Shown: positions 39,793-54,062, counted from the first letter of the whole stretch. The stretch is 60,983 nt of DNA, filler included, from Sluysia triapertura (GCA_046118255.1; 4 parts of 4 records of this genome joined end to end with filler, not necessarily neighbours in it); one strand, 5' to 3'. Made by a program: numbers and translations. The notes: a model not told the origin generated them from the sequence alone.

Positions 39793-41380
39793 CTAAATTA
39801 TACAAAAATTAACTAAACTTTTATTTGAAAGATATTTTATAAAGCCCAAGATAATGGCACATATTTTAATCTATAGAGCGTAAATAAATTCGACAAATAT
39901 AAAAAACTGAATAACTTGTATTAGATCTCGTTGAAAATGATTACACTTTATAAAGTTTTATATTAATTGGTAAACTGTTTGATTACTTTTAATGTTACAA
40001 AAGTAGATGCTTATATAGAGTAATTCATTACTACTTGTTGCTTTTTAATACCTCTTTGTACAATAATTTTCCTTATTACGTGATGAATTCACTTTTCAGA
40101 CCAGAAAAAACCCATTATTTCATTAATAAAGAAAAGATACCAAAATTATTTCAAAATGAAATTATGTGAAATTCATTAATAATGAAAACTTCTTTCATAA
40201 ATTATAAAGAGATCAAAGCTTTGTATGTGTGTGTTTCAATATAATTTTCATAATTAATTTAAGAAAACATCATTCTTCCGACAAGATAGAGTTAATTCCA
40301 GAAATTCTGAATTCTTGCCTCGATTTGGGTGTGAAGATGTCTTTGAAAATACTTTATGCATAAACATATACGTGATTCATTAGATATTAAAATAAATCTG
40401 GATCTGGTCAACCAAAATTGATGTTTAGGACCGTAAAGATAAAGTAAAATTTGAATTTGATAAATTAATAAATGTGATATAACGAAAAACATATAAAATT
40501 ATGAATAGTGTTCCCCTTTAAACTCCATTGTAAACACTTCAATAGAGGACAAAGTGTTTAAATACCATCCTTGCGACATCGAAGTTGGGTGGTGATAAAA
40601 TATTCTCACTGTTTGACACAAAGAAAGGATTCAAAAATCTTAAAACATATAATTGAAAGTATTTAGTTTTTATTCCCCATTGTACTGTTTATAATACAAA
40701 AAATTCTAACGTGTTTAAAAAGTATATTAAAAAGGTGATATTTTGGTGCTTGAAAATACTTTTAATATACAGAAGGTTTTGGATCGTGTAAAATCAGTTT
40801 TTTGATGTGAATCAGAACTATTAACAATGCAGTGAAAATACGGAGTTGCTATTGTTGTTACTTCTTACGTAATTTACATGTAACAATAAGAGTAAGAGCT
40901 GAATTAAATAGGTAAGCTTTGGGTAGTTCCGTTCATAAGTCTTGAATCAACGTTAGATGGACTAGCTTGTGAGAACAGATACAACTTCTCATAGTTCTCA
41001 TTTGCAAGCGATAAACATTGAAATTCAATCACTCTCTGCATTGATTTATTAATTTTATTCTGTACAAAACTTGCTTTAGTGAAATTTTAACAAAATTATA
41101 AATTTATAATTATTGTTTATGTCTAAAATTTGAAACAAGTCATTATCATTTATATCTCTTGTACATCTTTGTATTTAAACTTAAAGTACGTTTAAAATAT
41201 ATTGTTTCTACCTTCAAAACAATTGATTAAAGACTTATTACATATTTCTTAACTAAATTAGAGTATCGTGAAGTGCTTCACCAAATTCGACAACTTGGAA
41301 TTTTTACAACCAACATTATCTAATTATGAATTTAAATTAGTGCACAATTTTTATATGACCTTTAATACTTGCATTAGTAA

Positions 41381-41783
41381 CCCTTCAGGAGAAAAACAAA
41401 AAAATTAAAACTTCATTTTATTGTAGAAATGAGTGAAATATGACATAAATTTATTAAAAGTGAAGCTTTGTATGGTAAGTTTTGAAGCATTCACCAATAC
41501 AAAGAGCAGTGTCACAATCTTTACAAGTATATAGAATATCCTTTAAACAGTACATCTTCTTTGTGGTTTTTTTACCTGGTTTAGCTGTGATATCTCTTCG
41601 ACAAAATGTCTTGATGATAGGTGCAGTGGAATGAGTGACTGTCATGGCCTTCCTAATGATATTTCGATAATATTTTTCTGATTATTTCAAGTTTTAAATC
41701 AGATAAATGAGATTTTATTATCTAAATGCAATTAAAGTGCAAAAATTCATTTAAATATATGCAAGCCGTCAAGAGTCAAAGGG
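41381..41783 (-). mobile_element. Internally deleted piggyBac element
   Basis: Cys-rich C-terminal domain C...YTCKDCDTALCIGECFKTYHT (41454-41645). Ends CCCT...AGGG flanked by degenerate TTAA (gtaa / ctaa). Confidence 0.75.
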
Positions 41784-43099
41784 CTAAGACTAACAATAGA
41801 AATATCTGTTTTTCATACTTAACTTTGTTAAAAAGAATGGTTGAAAATTCTCCGAAAAAGTTAGTCAGTAGCTGTTGGTGCTATTTCATCAGTTTTATTA
41901 AATAAACTTTGCAATGAATATTCTCAGTACAAGTAAAAAATAATGGTGCATGTTTAAATATTTGTCAAATATTTGACAAATATTTTTTGCGTTTCAATTT
42001 ATCATGATTTCGTAATTATTTGACTTAGATTGTTGTCTCTTTTCTAATTGAAGAAATCCAGCTATTTTGATCGTGAATTATTATTATTTTCTGTATATAA
42101 TATAGAATTTAATTGACAATAATAAAGTTATTTTTAGTGACTTAATCACTAAAGTTAATCTTTGATATTAAGGAAAATGTAACCGAAATTAATAATATAG
42201 ATAAATTTGACCATATGATATAGAAGGAAATTAACTAATTATAGAAAGAAATTGTTCATATTAATTAAATTACACAGAAAAATTAATCTATCATAATATA
42301 AATACAATAGAAAACAGTATATAATTAGAGTTCTTGAGAGATAATGTATATAAAATATTTTGTTAAACAACCTATTCATGTCATATTGTTGAATTAAGAC
42401 AGAAATGAAATCATTTGTCAGATCTAGATCTAAAATTAATTTTAAAAATTAACTTATAAAAAATTAATAAAAACATTAAATTAGAAGTAAAAAGTGAAGT
42501 TTACGAAAATTGCGAAATTAATAAAAAATAATTATAGAAACTAATAATAATAGTTAATAATGTAATTATTGATAGTATTAATGAAAATAATGATAATAAA
42601 GATTATTAAAGGATAAATCGCACTTCAGAAAGTCAATTAGATATCATTTATATAGTGTCTAGTAATATACTTATATAATTCTCGATTCAGTTTACGTAAT
42701 TATTTATTAATAGTTAAGGCACTATTCTATATTAACAGTAAAATAATAAATTAAGCAACATAATAATAATAATAATGATTTTAAAATTATTATTATATGG
42801 TGTGATATTGTACGATATTGGATAAAAAAATTATTTTACCTATAAATAGCTGAATGAATCAACATAATTTTGACAAATAATATTTATGAACAAGAGATAT
42901 TTTGAATTTTTAGTATTATAAATTGTTGGATTTATTAATTTTACATTTAAAAATATTTTGGCGTTTTACAATCAATTAATAACACAAAATCACTGATCAA
43001 TATATTCTGTAACAAAAATTTAGCGTTTATTTCTTTGGCGATCATTTAAGGAGTAGAAAAATATAGTTGAACAATTTATTTTCTAAAAGGTTAGTTTCT

Positions 43100-44432
43100 C
43101 TTTACTAAGTTTAATCTTTTTAAAAGATTCATCAAATTCAAACTCAAAATCGAATTTTATTTTTCAAACTTTAAAGGTTCTAAATTTGGAGTTAATAGAT
43201 GTTTAAATACTTTATTTATGCTTAGAACATATAATATATAATATATAATATATAGAATTAAATAAATTTAATTTAATTGATTTGTATTTATTTCTCATAA
43301 TTAAAAAAATGACCGAAAAGACAAACATCGAAATACTTTTATTTATCTTGAACATAAAGATTATACTAAAATTAAAAGTTATAGAGTCATTTATGATGTT
43401 GAATGAACTGTTTGCATTTGGATACTTAATAACTTTCTCCGACTGTGGATTCCTTAAATAAAAAGAATCAAAATTATATAGTTATTGATTATAAAAAATA
43501 AAAATTACTTTTGATTCAAATAGATTGAGTATTGTCCAAGAAATCAACATGATTTTTGTTAAATATCAACTCATCTTTGATTTTATCAGTTTTAATGGTC
43601 ATTACTAAATTATTGACACGTTCTAAGTGCTCATTAATAATGTTTTGATTAGCATCAATAGTGAGATATCGATTATGATTGAACGTCCAATAGTAGTAAC
43701 TGGTAGTGAAATAAGAAAATAGGATTGATTGGACGTCCAATCAAATTGACTAAGTTAATATTAATTTCAAGCTCTCTAAATAGCTGTCACCATACAGCTA
43801 AACAGGAATGACAATTGAGAAATGGTGACAGGCAATTTCAATGTAAGCAGGTAGCAACTAAAAAGATTGAACTTATGCACAAATAATCTGTCTATATTGA
43901 CAGAAATAAAATTAATAAAAATATTGATGATAATAAAAATGGTAAAAATAATTAAATAATAATATTATTATATAAAATATAAAAACGCATGAACTTTGTT
44001 CTTTTGAATTCTTTCTTTATTCTTACATGATCTTTTCTTTGAACATATAAAAATCAAATGAAATTTTATTTGAATTAAAATGCTTAGAATGGTTTTACAG
44101 TATAAATTTAATGTTTTTAAAAGGTGTTTGAAGAATTGTGAACTTAAAATGTTTTAGATTAATTTTGAATTGTATGTTTGGTAATTTGAGATGTAAACTG
44201 TGATTCTAATGTTGGTAAATTATGAATTAAGAATGTTTTAAATGAAATTTAAAATGTACATTAATGGTTTGAATATAAGTATATTTTAATGTAAAGTTGT
44301 AAATTTAAAATGTTTTGAAATGTGAAAAGGTTTTAGTGGATCTGAGAAAGTAAAATATAAAATGTTAGTAAATGTGATATTACAAATAAAATAATTATTT
44401 TGAATTTATAAGTTAAAAGATTGGCCACCACA
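43100..44432 (-). mobile_element. LTR-retroelement relic (LTR-like part about 43870-44432, decayed internal ORF)
   Basis: Minus strand starts TGTGGTGGCCAA, similar to the terminus at about 22898-22912. Strong G/T skew in both regions; residual ORF 43516-43740. Confidence 0.4.
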
Positions 44433-44919
44433 CTAAAATATATTTATAAAGACAATCTTAATATTTCAAAAAATGTTTCTTTCACGATGAACTAGATACT
44501 AAAGTAAATGTTAATTATGATGATTTAAAAACTAAAGTAATTAGTTATTTTTATCTAAATGTTAAAGTTAATATTAGTTAATATGATTTAAAAGCTAAAG
44601 CAAACATTTATGAACTAAGGTCCCATGATGATGCACATACAAATACAAACAATCATAATCAAATTCAGACGATGTCGAATCGTAAAATCAACTTAGATGG
44701 TGATATACTAATTGCTATTAAGAACAAATTCAATCCGATCTTTACTTTATTCAAGTATGTATTTTTTGTGACTTACCAAATTTTTGTCTTATTGAGATAA
44801 AGTACATTTTATTATTGTACATAGAATTTAGCCGCATGGGCGTATGCTTTAAATAGTAATTTTGATGAGAATGATTGTATATATTATCTATGGTTTGCAA
44901 AATCATACTATAATAACAG

Positions 44920-46243
44920 TAAATAGCGGGATTCAGAAATTATGGACAGTACCGAAACCGAAAAATCAAATATCGGCACTGAAATCTGTTGGTGGCTCAA
45001 TATCTGGATTACACAAACATGCGATCAATCTTGAGGTTGAATCAAGGGGTCCTTCAAGTAAAAAACAAAAAACTTTAGAACAATTGATCAAAAAATCTGC
45101 CAATGAAGTTATAGCCGAATTGTTTGCAAAGATGGTTTAAATTTTCGGCAAATTTCTTGCAATGAGTTCATTCAAAATAATTTGATGACAAATGTATGCG
45201 ACAAAAACTCTCCAACTTCTGTAAATGGCGTGAAAAATTCAATGCTTAACTTTTATGATATAAACAAACTGAATTAACAGAATATTTTTCTAATCGTTAT
45301 TCAATTTCGCTGGATGAGTATACATCATCCCAGAATATTCGGTTTATGAATATTAATGTTCATGATATGAATAAGCACTGGTCTCTTGGTTTAGTTCACT
45401 TTCGTAAGTCATTCAAAAGTTATAGAATCACATATTATGCGAGAGATAGATTAAGTGAATTTGGATTGAATTTAAATTGCCATATCGTCGGAACAACATC
45501 CGATGGCAAGGAAAACAAATTTGTTCATCAACTCTGTTAAGCCCATTGAATTCATTTAACAGCATGCTATGTTTTGTACAAAGGAAAAAAACATGAAGAT
45601 GATGAAAAATGCACTTTGAAAGATAATCAAGAAAGTATTGAAGACTGGGATAGATTGTAATTCATTAATGAAGCTTTTTGTGAAATAAAAGTTAGAAGAA
45701 TATGCAAAGTTTGCAGAAATAGCCATTGAAAAGCGACTATTTGCAAGAAATATTTAAGAATGAATCAAAGGAAAAGAACTCAAACTTATATTAGTCACTT
45801 CCACAAGATGGAATAGTATTATTATAATGATTTCTGAGCATTTAGAAAAGCTAAACCGAAGCCTGTGCACAATTAAAGCAACAAGTGTAGAATCTGAAAG
45901 ATTCGTTCTCGGTCATCGCCCAAAAACACTAGATGTTTTGACCTAGTCATACTTTGCAAATATTGAGAAATAAAGAACTTCTGAAAAACTGTAATTCTTT
46001 AAAGAGGCGAAAAATACATTTTAAATACTAAATATAACATTTGTATAAGTCTTAGTCTTATTACTACATTTAAGTTCGTTTATTTACCTAAAAAGTATAT
46101 AGTGTGTATAACAGAAAATAATATATGCAAAAGTACAGTGGGCACTTTTTTGATAAAGGTGCTCGAAATCTGTAAAAAACCGGGATTGAATATTTCTGGA
46201 GGTAATTTACCGAGTATAAAATTTTCGATATTTTCTAACCCTA
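44920..46243 (+). mobile_element. Decayed hAT transposon (hobo/Ac-like transposase pseudogene with right end)
   Basis: Broken frames read RYSISLDEYTS, HIVGTTSDG, QLC*AH*IHL, TRWNS and ATSVESER. Subterminal CGGGATT motifs; probable terminus AACCCTA at 46237-46243. Confidence 0.8.
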
Positions 46244-46605
46244 ATGTTGTCCCTGTCATTACTTTTAAATTCTAGCTTTAATATAGAAAGGTACTTAAGG
46301 CACCTGGCTTTTATTTTAAAATTAAGATCTATATAACAAGGATAAACATTAATTTGAACAAAACAAATTAAAGATCAATAAATTTATAGCACTCATCGTA
46401 ATGAGTAAAAATTTGTTTACATAACATGGAAAATCCTATGAACACCATCGAAGAGAATATACAGGTTATATTAGACTTTCTATTAATTTATACAATATTT
46501 TTTTGGTTACCGTTGTCCATTCGGCAAGTTCACAAAATTCACCGCGGTCTACGCTCTTCTCGAGTGCTTTTCCATGAAATTTTTTTTTAATTCATACAAT
46601 AGGCT

Positions 46606-46879
46606 CTGACTGAGTTTCGATACTTGAAACAATCTACATATACATAGCTTCAGAATCCAACGTGCTTATTTGGGTCTTACAAACTTCATTCACCCTGATA
46701 AAATTCTTTGTAAAATCAACAACATAACGTTTTTTAATTCATTCAATATGCTCCGATTGAGTTTCGCATACTTGAAATAATCTAAATAATCTTTCAACTA
46801 CATAGCTTCAAAATTCAGCTCATCCACCTGGACCTCCAAAGCTTCATTCACTTTTGCAAAATTCCTCTTGAAGTCAAAA
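46606..46879 (-). repeat. Degenerate tandem duplication (about 150-bp period) of former coding sequence
   Basis: TGAGTTTCG..ATACTTGAAA.AATCTA...TACATAGCTTCA.AAT...CTTCATTCAC...AAAATTC occurs twice. Confidence 0.7.
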
Positions 46880-47180
46880 CTTCACGTACGCGAATAGATT
46901 GCTTATTTATTCAATTTGTCATCATCCATAAACATAAATTGTTGTAAAAATATCAATTTAGTAAACTCAACAATATAGTGTTCAAAAATTAATAAAAGAT
47001 ATACATGGATTGTTGGCAGAATTTTCATAAAACTAAATTTTGTTTGGTAATAATAAGTTGTTAAATTTATTGCAGTTTATTTACACATGCATCTTAAAAC
47101 AAATTGTAGTACATAATTTTTTAATAAGTTTTGTAATGACAAATATTTCATAAACAAAATATAATTTGTTATTCACTTAC

Positions 47181-47241
47181 GTCATTACCTTCCATAATTA
47201 ATGCTTGACCTTCAATTACATAGTAATTATGATAGTAATAA
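47181..47241 (-). CDS. Candidate small exon (YYYHNYYVIEGQALIMEGND)
   Basis: Strong splice signals ttttacag ... gtaagt around a 61-nt segment open in one frame. Gene membership unclear. Confidence 0.35.
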
Positions 47242-47788
47242 CTGTAAAACTATGGTAATTATAAATTATGACTGTGTTTATGTTTGAATGTATTAAGTAA
47301 TCTGTTTAGTAATTTGTTTATGCATGAAGCATGATGAAATATGTTTGTGATTGCGACGAGTTGATTCAGAGTTCACTATAGTTATAAAGTAAAAAGTATT
47401 TATTGAAATCATACTGTATGATCTGTATTTAGTTTCAAAATTTATTGCTGAAATGTGGAAAAATTTTTACAATAAAATCTTCTAACTTCATTATTTATTT
47501 TTTTACTTTTAAAATTAACGAAATTAAAATTTTGAAAGATCAACTAAGAACATAAAAATGAACTAAAAAGAACATGATGTGAACAAAATATTTGTGAATA
47601 AAATTAACATGGCCACCTCTTGATCAACAAGACTATTGTAACTAAGTCATGATATAACATTAAAATTAACTTTGTTTTTGTAAATATATAATTAATGTAA
47701 TTAATTATGTAAATGTATTATTAAATGTAATTAATGTATTATATAAATATATTTTTTAGAAAAGTATTTTAAAAAAGTTAATAAATAT

Positions 47789-47856
<68 letters not shown>

Positions 47857-48539
47857 NNNNNNNNNNNNNNNNNNNNNNNNNNNNNNNNNNNNNNNNNNNN
47901 TTAATTAATTAANNNNNNNNNNNNNNNNNNNNNNNNNNNNNNNNNNNNNNNNNNNNTAATAACGTTCCACTGATACTGCTATCCTAAGTTTTGACCCTTC
48001 TATCAACCCTTATTCTTCACTAATCCCAACAGTATCAATTTTTCCGATATTTTCAATTTCACATTTTTCTTAATCATTTCTTATCTCATGTATATTTGTA
48101 AATCGTCAAACATTAAGGATCTGTTAAGATAAATTCTATTTGATCATCGTAGATTAACATTTGAATACATTAGTATTATTGTATTATTATTAGAAAATGG
48201 TTAAAAAACCAAAACTAATCAAAGGATTTGTGGTATACTCAATGTATAGTTTACAAAGAAAAAGAAAAATTTCCCTAGGGTGCCTTACAATCAAGCCCAA
48301 TTAATAAGAAATTATTAAACTATTTTGCAATAAATTATGCAAAGAAATATCTTGTAATAATATAAATAGCACAGTGAACTCGGAGAAAATTGAATTCACA
48401 TTTTAATGAGCTTATGAATTAAAATGATCAAAATCTATTTCGACAATAACATTTCATATTTCCATGAATGAAAATGTCGTTAGTTTTTAATATAAGCTTT
48501 TGTGCATTTTAAGACGCAAATAAAATACGCTTAAAATCC

Positions 48540-48690
48540 TTGTTGGGTTACAGGCCTAAAGTGCCTTAGAGTAATGATAGTATAATTGACTATAATAAAT
48601 TGAAATTGTTAGACGGGGCTGATATCTTAGTGGTCAGATCATCGATCTACACATCTATGAAGCGAGAGGTGCCGGGTTGGATTCCCGACT
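48540..48690 (+). mobile_element. Second, more degenerate copy of the tRNA-containing element
   Basis: Shares TGTTGGGT...CCTAAA..GTGCC...TAGTATAATTGA...AAATTGAAATTGTTAGACGGGGCTGATA with the reverse complement of 30888-30965. Decayed A and B boxes at 48616-48690. Confidence 0.75.
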
Positions 48691-50169
48691 AAAAATATTA
48701 TTGCATATCCCTTTCAAAACCTCATTTTAAATATTGGTACAAAATCAAAGGAAATACAAATTTCATGTTAAAAATACTTTGAATCTAATTTCTTATTTGA
48801 ACTCTGATTTTAAATAGAGATAAAGTCATATTTTTTACGCCTCACTTTAAGTAGAGCTTTAAAATAAGTTATATATTAAATTAGTATAGTAATAATATAT
48901 AAAGAATTGGACATTTATCTTGAGTTATATTTGGATAACAAATTTACATGTACATTTAATCATAGTGCTGCTTAACTTCATGTATTTTGATATGCTTTGC
49001 TTTGCAAAATACGGCGGTAAGCCATTACGTCAGTTTTGGATCACAAGCAAACTCTTTTCTTTTGGGATTCTTTAAAACCAAATATTATTTCAAATGTCTG
49101 GACTTCCTTAAAATTAAAAATCAATGACGTTTCATTTCGAATATAGTAAAAAGTTAATTGAAGAATGAAGAATCCGTAAAGTATTCAGTCTTCAAGTATA
49201 ACCTCATTAAGGTAGTCTGAGTAATGTTTGGGAAACACAATCTTCTTTAGAAAGAAAAATTATTAATTATTAAACCATCAGGTATAATAATATCAAATAA
49301 CATCAAAGAAAAGAATAGCTACAGCTGCATCTACCGACAACAAAATTTGTCCAATAATTTTGTTAACAAGGAACTAATCATAAGATTATTTTTTAGTTAA
49401 TTATGGAACACATGAAAATATTTTATAATTCAAGCATGTCTTTAGTTGCAGTTAACATTTTTCGATACAAGTACATTAACGAATTTCTAACTAACTCATA
49501 ATTTTTATTAAAATATCAAAATACATACCAAATGAAGAATGCCGATCAGGTTTTGATTTTTGATTCACGCCTATTCGCAAAGTTCATAATATTTTATGAT
49601 TACTTAAATTTATTAAAATTATTATATTTATATTTCAATTTAATGAAAAGACGATTAATTTTTATAATCTAACTTTAATTTTTAAAATGTAACATTTTAG
49701 TAATAATAATTTGCAAGTGCATGTAATTTTTAAAAAGTATTATAAATATAATTTTTAATTTCTTTAAAGAGAATATTTTTTTATTATTATGTAACTTAAA
49801 TATAAAATAGTTAATTTAACTGAAAAATATTTTATTAAAGTTATTATTTTATACTTTCTAAATATTTTGTAGTAATTGAAAAAAAATTTAAAGTGTTAAG
49901 TATTAAAAATTATTTATAAAATATGTTTTTCCTTTATTTATAATCACTATTTTGTTTTAACATGTAAACTGTATAACACTTTTGTTATAAAGTTGTTGCT
50001 ATACATAATGAATTACCTATATATAGATTAAAATTATTTTTATATATAACTTGTACTTGTAAACATAATTAATTAAAAGTAAAGAAATTATAATTTTCTA
50101 TTTATATATGTGCAATATTCTCCATTTTAATATATTTTTGATTAGTTATTTATGTTTAATTCTGTTTGT

Positions 50170-50295
50170 TTTTGTGTCACCATAATTACAATATTTGAAT
50201 TTTTTGGCGGCAGCAACAGTTACTAGAGTCATAGACACGGTAGTTTTGGCGACTGTTTCCCTGTTTAAGGTAACTACATTCCCTGACAACTATTT
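50170..50295 (+). promoter_or_regulatory. Candidate RFX promoter / non-coding first exon with X-box-like sites
   Basis: Local GC rise; GTCACCATAATTAC, AGCAAC, GTTACT, GTTTCC, GGTAAC, TTCCCTGACAAC. Donor AAG|gtaact at 50270 with a possible acceptor ttcag at 50673. Confidence 0.35.
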
Positions 50296-50745
50296 AATAC
50301 TTATGTGTATAAAACGTTTTAACATTTAGATATTTGAAATAGTCTCGTTTATTAACATAAACGAATTTTGTCAACTTTATTTAACGAAATATGTAATGAA
50401 TGTATTCGACATATGTTGTGAATTTAGCATTTGTTCACATTATTTTAATGAAAATTAATATTCCTGAACTTATTTCGTGGATATATTTGCCAATTTAATT
50501 TTTAATTTTATTAAATTGGAATATGTTTATTTAATCAATTTGAAGTAATACGAGACTTATTCAGTTTTGATTCAAAATTATGAAATAAAACTTTATTAAT
50601 GTTTTATATTTCAATAAGTTGATGGAATTCGTATCTCTATATATTTCATTCATTGAACTTATGTACAATTCAGCTAAACACAAAGAAAATATTGTAGAAG
50701 AGTTTAAAATTCTTTTATTAATTTGCGGATCTGTTTATTATCAAT

Positions 50746-51254
50746 ATGGAGTCCAAAATTCAAATGTGGCCTGCGAATACGGACAACAAAGCAACTACTT
50801 TAGATGTTACTGCAAATCAAACATCACAACAAGCACAATCAACACTTAACTCTGGTGCTACTACAATCTACACGACTATTTCAGGACAAACTGCTACAAT
50901 TATACCAGCTTCGGCTATTCAGTCTAGTTTAGGTGGTGGAGCGGCAGTACACATACAACCACATGCTCAAATTATACATCATGGTGGTAGTGCATATTTA
51001 GTACAAAGTGCCGGTCGTTTAGAAGATGATACTCCGAATTTAACTCATACCACAAAAGCTAGTCCAGTGACTGTTCAGTGGTTGTGTGACAATTACGAAA
51101 CTGCTGATGGAGTCAGCTTACCAAGATCAACACTTTACAATCATTATTTGCAGCATTGTCAACAAGAAAAACTTGAACCTATGAATCAAGCCTCATTTGG
51201 TAAATTAATTCGGTCGGTATTTTATGGCTTAAGAACAAGAAGACTGGGCACAAG
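50746..51254 (+). CDS. rfx: RFX1/2/3-type (daf-19-like) transcription factor, coding exon 1 (N-terminus and most of the winged-helix DBD)
   Basis: ASPVTVQWLCDNYETADGVSLPRSTLYNHY...EPMNQASFGKLIRSVFYGLRTRRLGTR is the RFX DNA-binding domain. Donor AG|gttggc at 51255. Confidence 0.96.
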
Positions 51255-51875
51255 GTTGGCATATGAATAATGAATATTTTTTGTTATAATAGTAGTAGAA
51301 GAGTAATTTTTGTCCGTAATTATTAAATGATTAATATTAAGCCATAATTAGTACATATAAATGATTTAATTTATTTCGTTTGTAAAAAGTATAAATCAAT
51401 AATTAATAAATCAAAATTATTTTTTTATCTTTAAAATATAAATAATTGGTAATCGGTCATTTCCGATACAAAAATAAAGTAGTCACGTTTTTTCTTTTTT
51501 TAATTGTTAAGAGACATTACTAGTCTGGGGTTAAATAAGTGAGCAACATGTACACCAGAACAAAAATAGAACTAAAAATTATAAGAAGATTGAAGAACTA
51601 AAGTAAATCGCAAACAACTTTACAAATTTAAAAAATTAACTACCATCAATTATTAAATGCAAAATGTTTTTGCGGAAATGCATAATTATATCCAAGTTTG
51701 TAAGTGTTTTATAATTGGATTGGATTTGCCATTAAAGATTAAGCTAACAAAAGAGCAGGTACTTCATTCAATAAAAATATGTATAATAATCAGTTCTTTA
51801 CTTTTTAAAGACGAAGTTTCGCAGTTCATTAATTAATGTATGGTGTTGATATTTGTGTTTGATTTTTATATTCAG

Positions 51876-52213
51876 AGGAAACTCCAAATATCATTACTAT
51901 GGAATACGTATTAAACCCACATCACCTTTAAATCATTATGTGGAGGATCAAACGTTTGCAATGCGTCAATATCCATCATTTCATCGTCACCATGACTATC
52001 ATTGGCGAAATAAATTTATGTCTAATGGTGTGTCATATGGTGGTAATCAGCATAATTTCAATAGTTCTGCCGGTAACGCGGCTCTAACTGGCCATGCTGG
52101 TAACAATTCAACAAATTGTGGAGCAAGTGGTGCTGCTTCTGGTCCAGCTGGACTTAATACAGGATCTAATAATATGATAGGTGGAGCAGCTTCTGGAGCT
52201 CATTATGGATCAG
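51876..52213 (+). CDS. rfx: RFX coding exon 2 (end of DBD, Gly/Ala/Asn-rich linker)
   Basis: Acceptor ttcag; completes R|GNSKYHYYGIRIKP; phase-1 donor gtttaa at 52214. Confidence 0.92.
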
Positions 52214-53305
52214 GTTTAATTGTGTTTATATTTCGCAATAACTTCAATGAATTTTATTGAAAATTAAAGTGAAGAAACTAACTAATGATTTTAATTATCA
52301 ATCGTCCAGCTAAATCAAATTCCATCATGATCGATTTACTATTATGTATTTACAATGTCAAGAAGTGTTTTTTAGATACAACATTCTTTTAACTATTAAT
52401 TGTAATATTTGTAATGTTATGAGTTTATGTGCGAATTATTGATTTTAATATGAATTTTGTATATTTAAATTAACGTATTTTAGGATTTGTATAGTTTACA
52501 TATTTCTGCGATTCTTTATATAAAAGAAAATGTGTTAAATTCATTTTAACGTTACTATAAATATTCTCGAATTTTGCGAGAAAAGGTAACTAATATAATA
52601 TTAAAAACCAGCTGTGTTTTGTAAGGGTATCGAATTCGAAGATAGTTTACTCTGAACAATTTTTGGGCAATATTGTGCAATATCACATTGGCCAAATAAA
52701 TAGAGTTTATTATCGAATTTAATTTTGATTTTGGAAATGTACTATTTATGAAAATTATAATATTAACATATAATAAACATCCTTAACGTGTCAGAAATTT
52801 TATTTTGTTATGCATTATTCTAAAATGGAAAGCGAAGTTTCTGCAATTTAAACTCAAGGCAGTTTTCTTGAGTATCAAACAGTCAGAATAGTTAAATTAT
52901 GAATCTGTGACTTTATGATTTGATAATGAAGAAGGTGGAAATTCTGATTCATATTAATAAAATATTATTTCAAAAAGGTTGGTATTACTGAGATAAGTAA
53001 TGGCATTACAAAATTTAATTCCAAAAAATTCTGAAAGATCTTGTGTGCAATACTCGAAGCTTATTTGAGAATGACGTTGAAGTATTGATCAAAGCCATAT
53101 CTAAATTGATGCACTTGATGTTATCTTGAAGTCTTCCAAGCTTACGCATATAGAAACGGAAAAACCATATAAATTTATTAATTTTATCAAGAACTTTAAA
53201 TTTTCTGGTTATTTTATTAAATAAAGTTTTTTAGTGTTAATCTTAATGTGATATTCCTTCCAAGATCGGTTGTAATAGTTTAAATATTATTATTACTATT
53301 ATTAG

Positions 53306-53586
53306 GCACCGACTTAAACGGTACAAATGCAAGTCAGTCACAACATACCAACTATTTGGGAGAGAGTACATCTGCTTTACCGAATTTGGAGGATATCGTA
53401 TCCCGAGCTGAATTACGTACATTATCAGATGAACAATGTTTAGCAGAAGGAGTTACTGTAGACGAAATTAATGTGTTTTGCCAAATGTATCTTGATCACA
53501 GCGATGCAGTTCTAAGTGCCGTTGTGTATCTTAATTTCAAATATATTGAAACTTTATGGCAAGATTTTTGGCGCACATCTCCAAAG
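53306..53586 (+). CDS. rfx: RFX coding exon 3 (domain B)
   Basis: Phase-1 acceptor attag; QHTNYLGE...FCQMYLDHSDAVLSAVVYLNFKYIETLWQDFW; donor at 53587 (phase 0). Confidence 0.9.
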
Positions 53587-53973
53587 GTTTGATTATTTAA
53601 TTACTTCTTTAAAAAATTAAGTTTATCAAGTTTTAATGAAAAGTGCGTATATTTTAAACAATTTTTTAAGTTTCAATTTTATTAATGTATTAATTAAGTC
53701 TCAAAATTAATAATTTTAAATTAAATTATTAAGTTTTGGTTTATGTAAACAAATTGAACAAAATGCGTAAGTCAAAAAATGTTTTATTATAAAAACTGAA
53801 TATTACTAAAAAGAATTATTTTATATAATTAAATAAAGCTACATAATCTGTTTACAATTATTAACACTTATAACCTTTGTGCAATGAATTTTGAAAAACT
53901 AAGTTCAATATTTTAGCTACTTATAAATTGTAAAAAAATAATATTTATAAATTATTAGAGGAATTTTAATTCC

Positions 53974-54006
<33 letters not shown>

Positions 54007-54022
54007 TTATTATTACTATTAC

Positions 54023-54062
<40 letters not shown>

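Noticed and set aside
49529-49587. Minus-strand ATG exon with in-frame TGA (selenoprotein idea)
   Set aside because: No redox-motif context or SECIS seen, another frame is open, and the join to the next exon crosses a gap.
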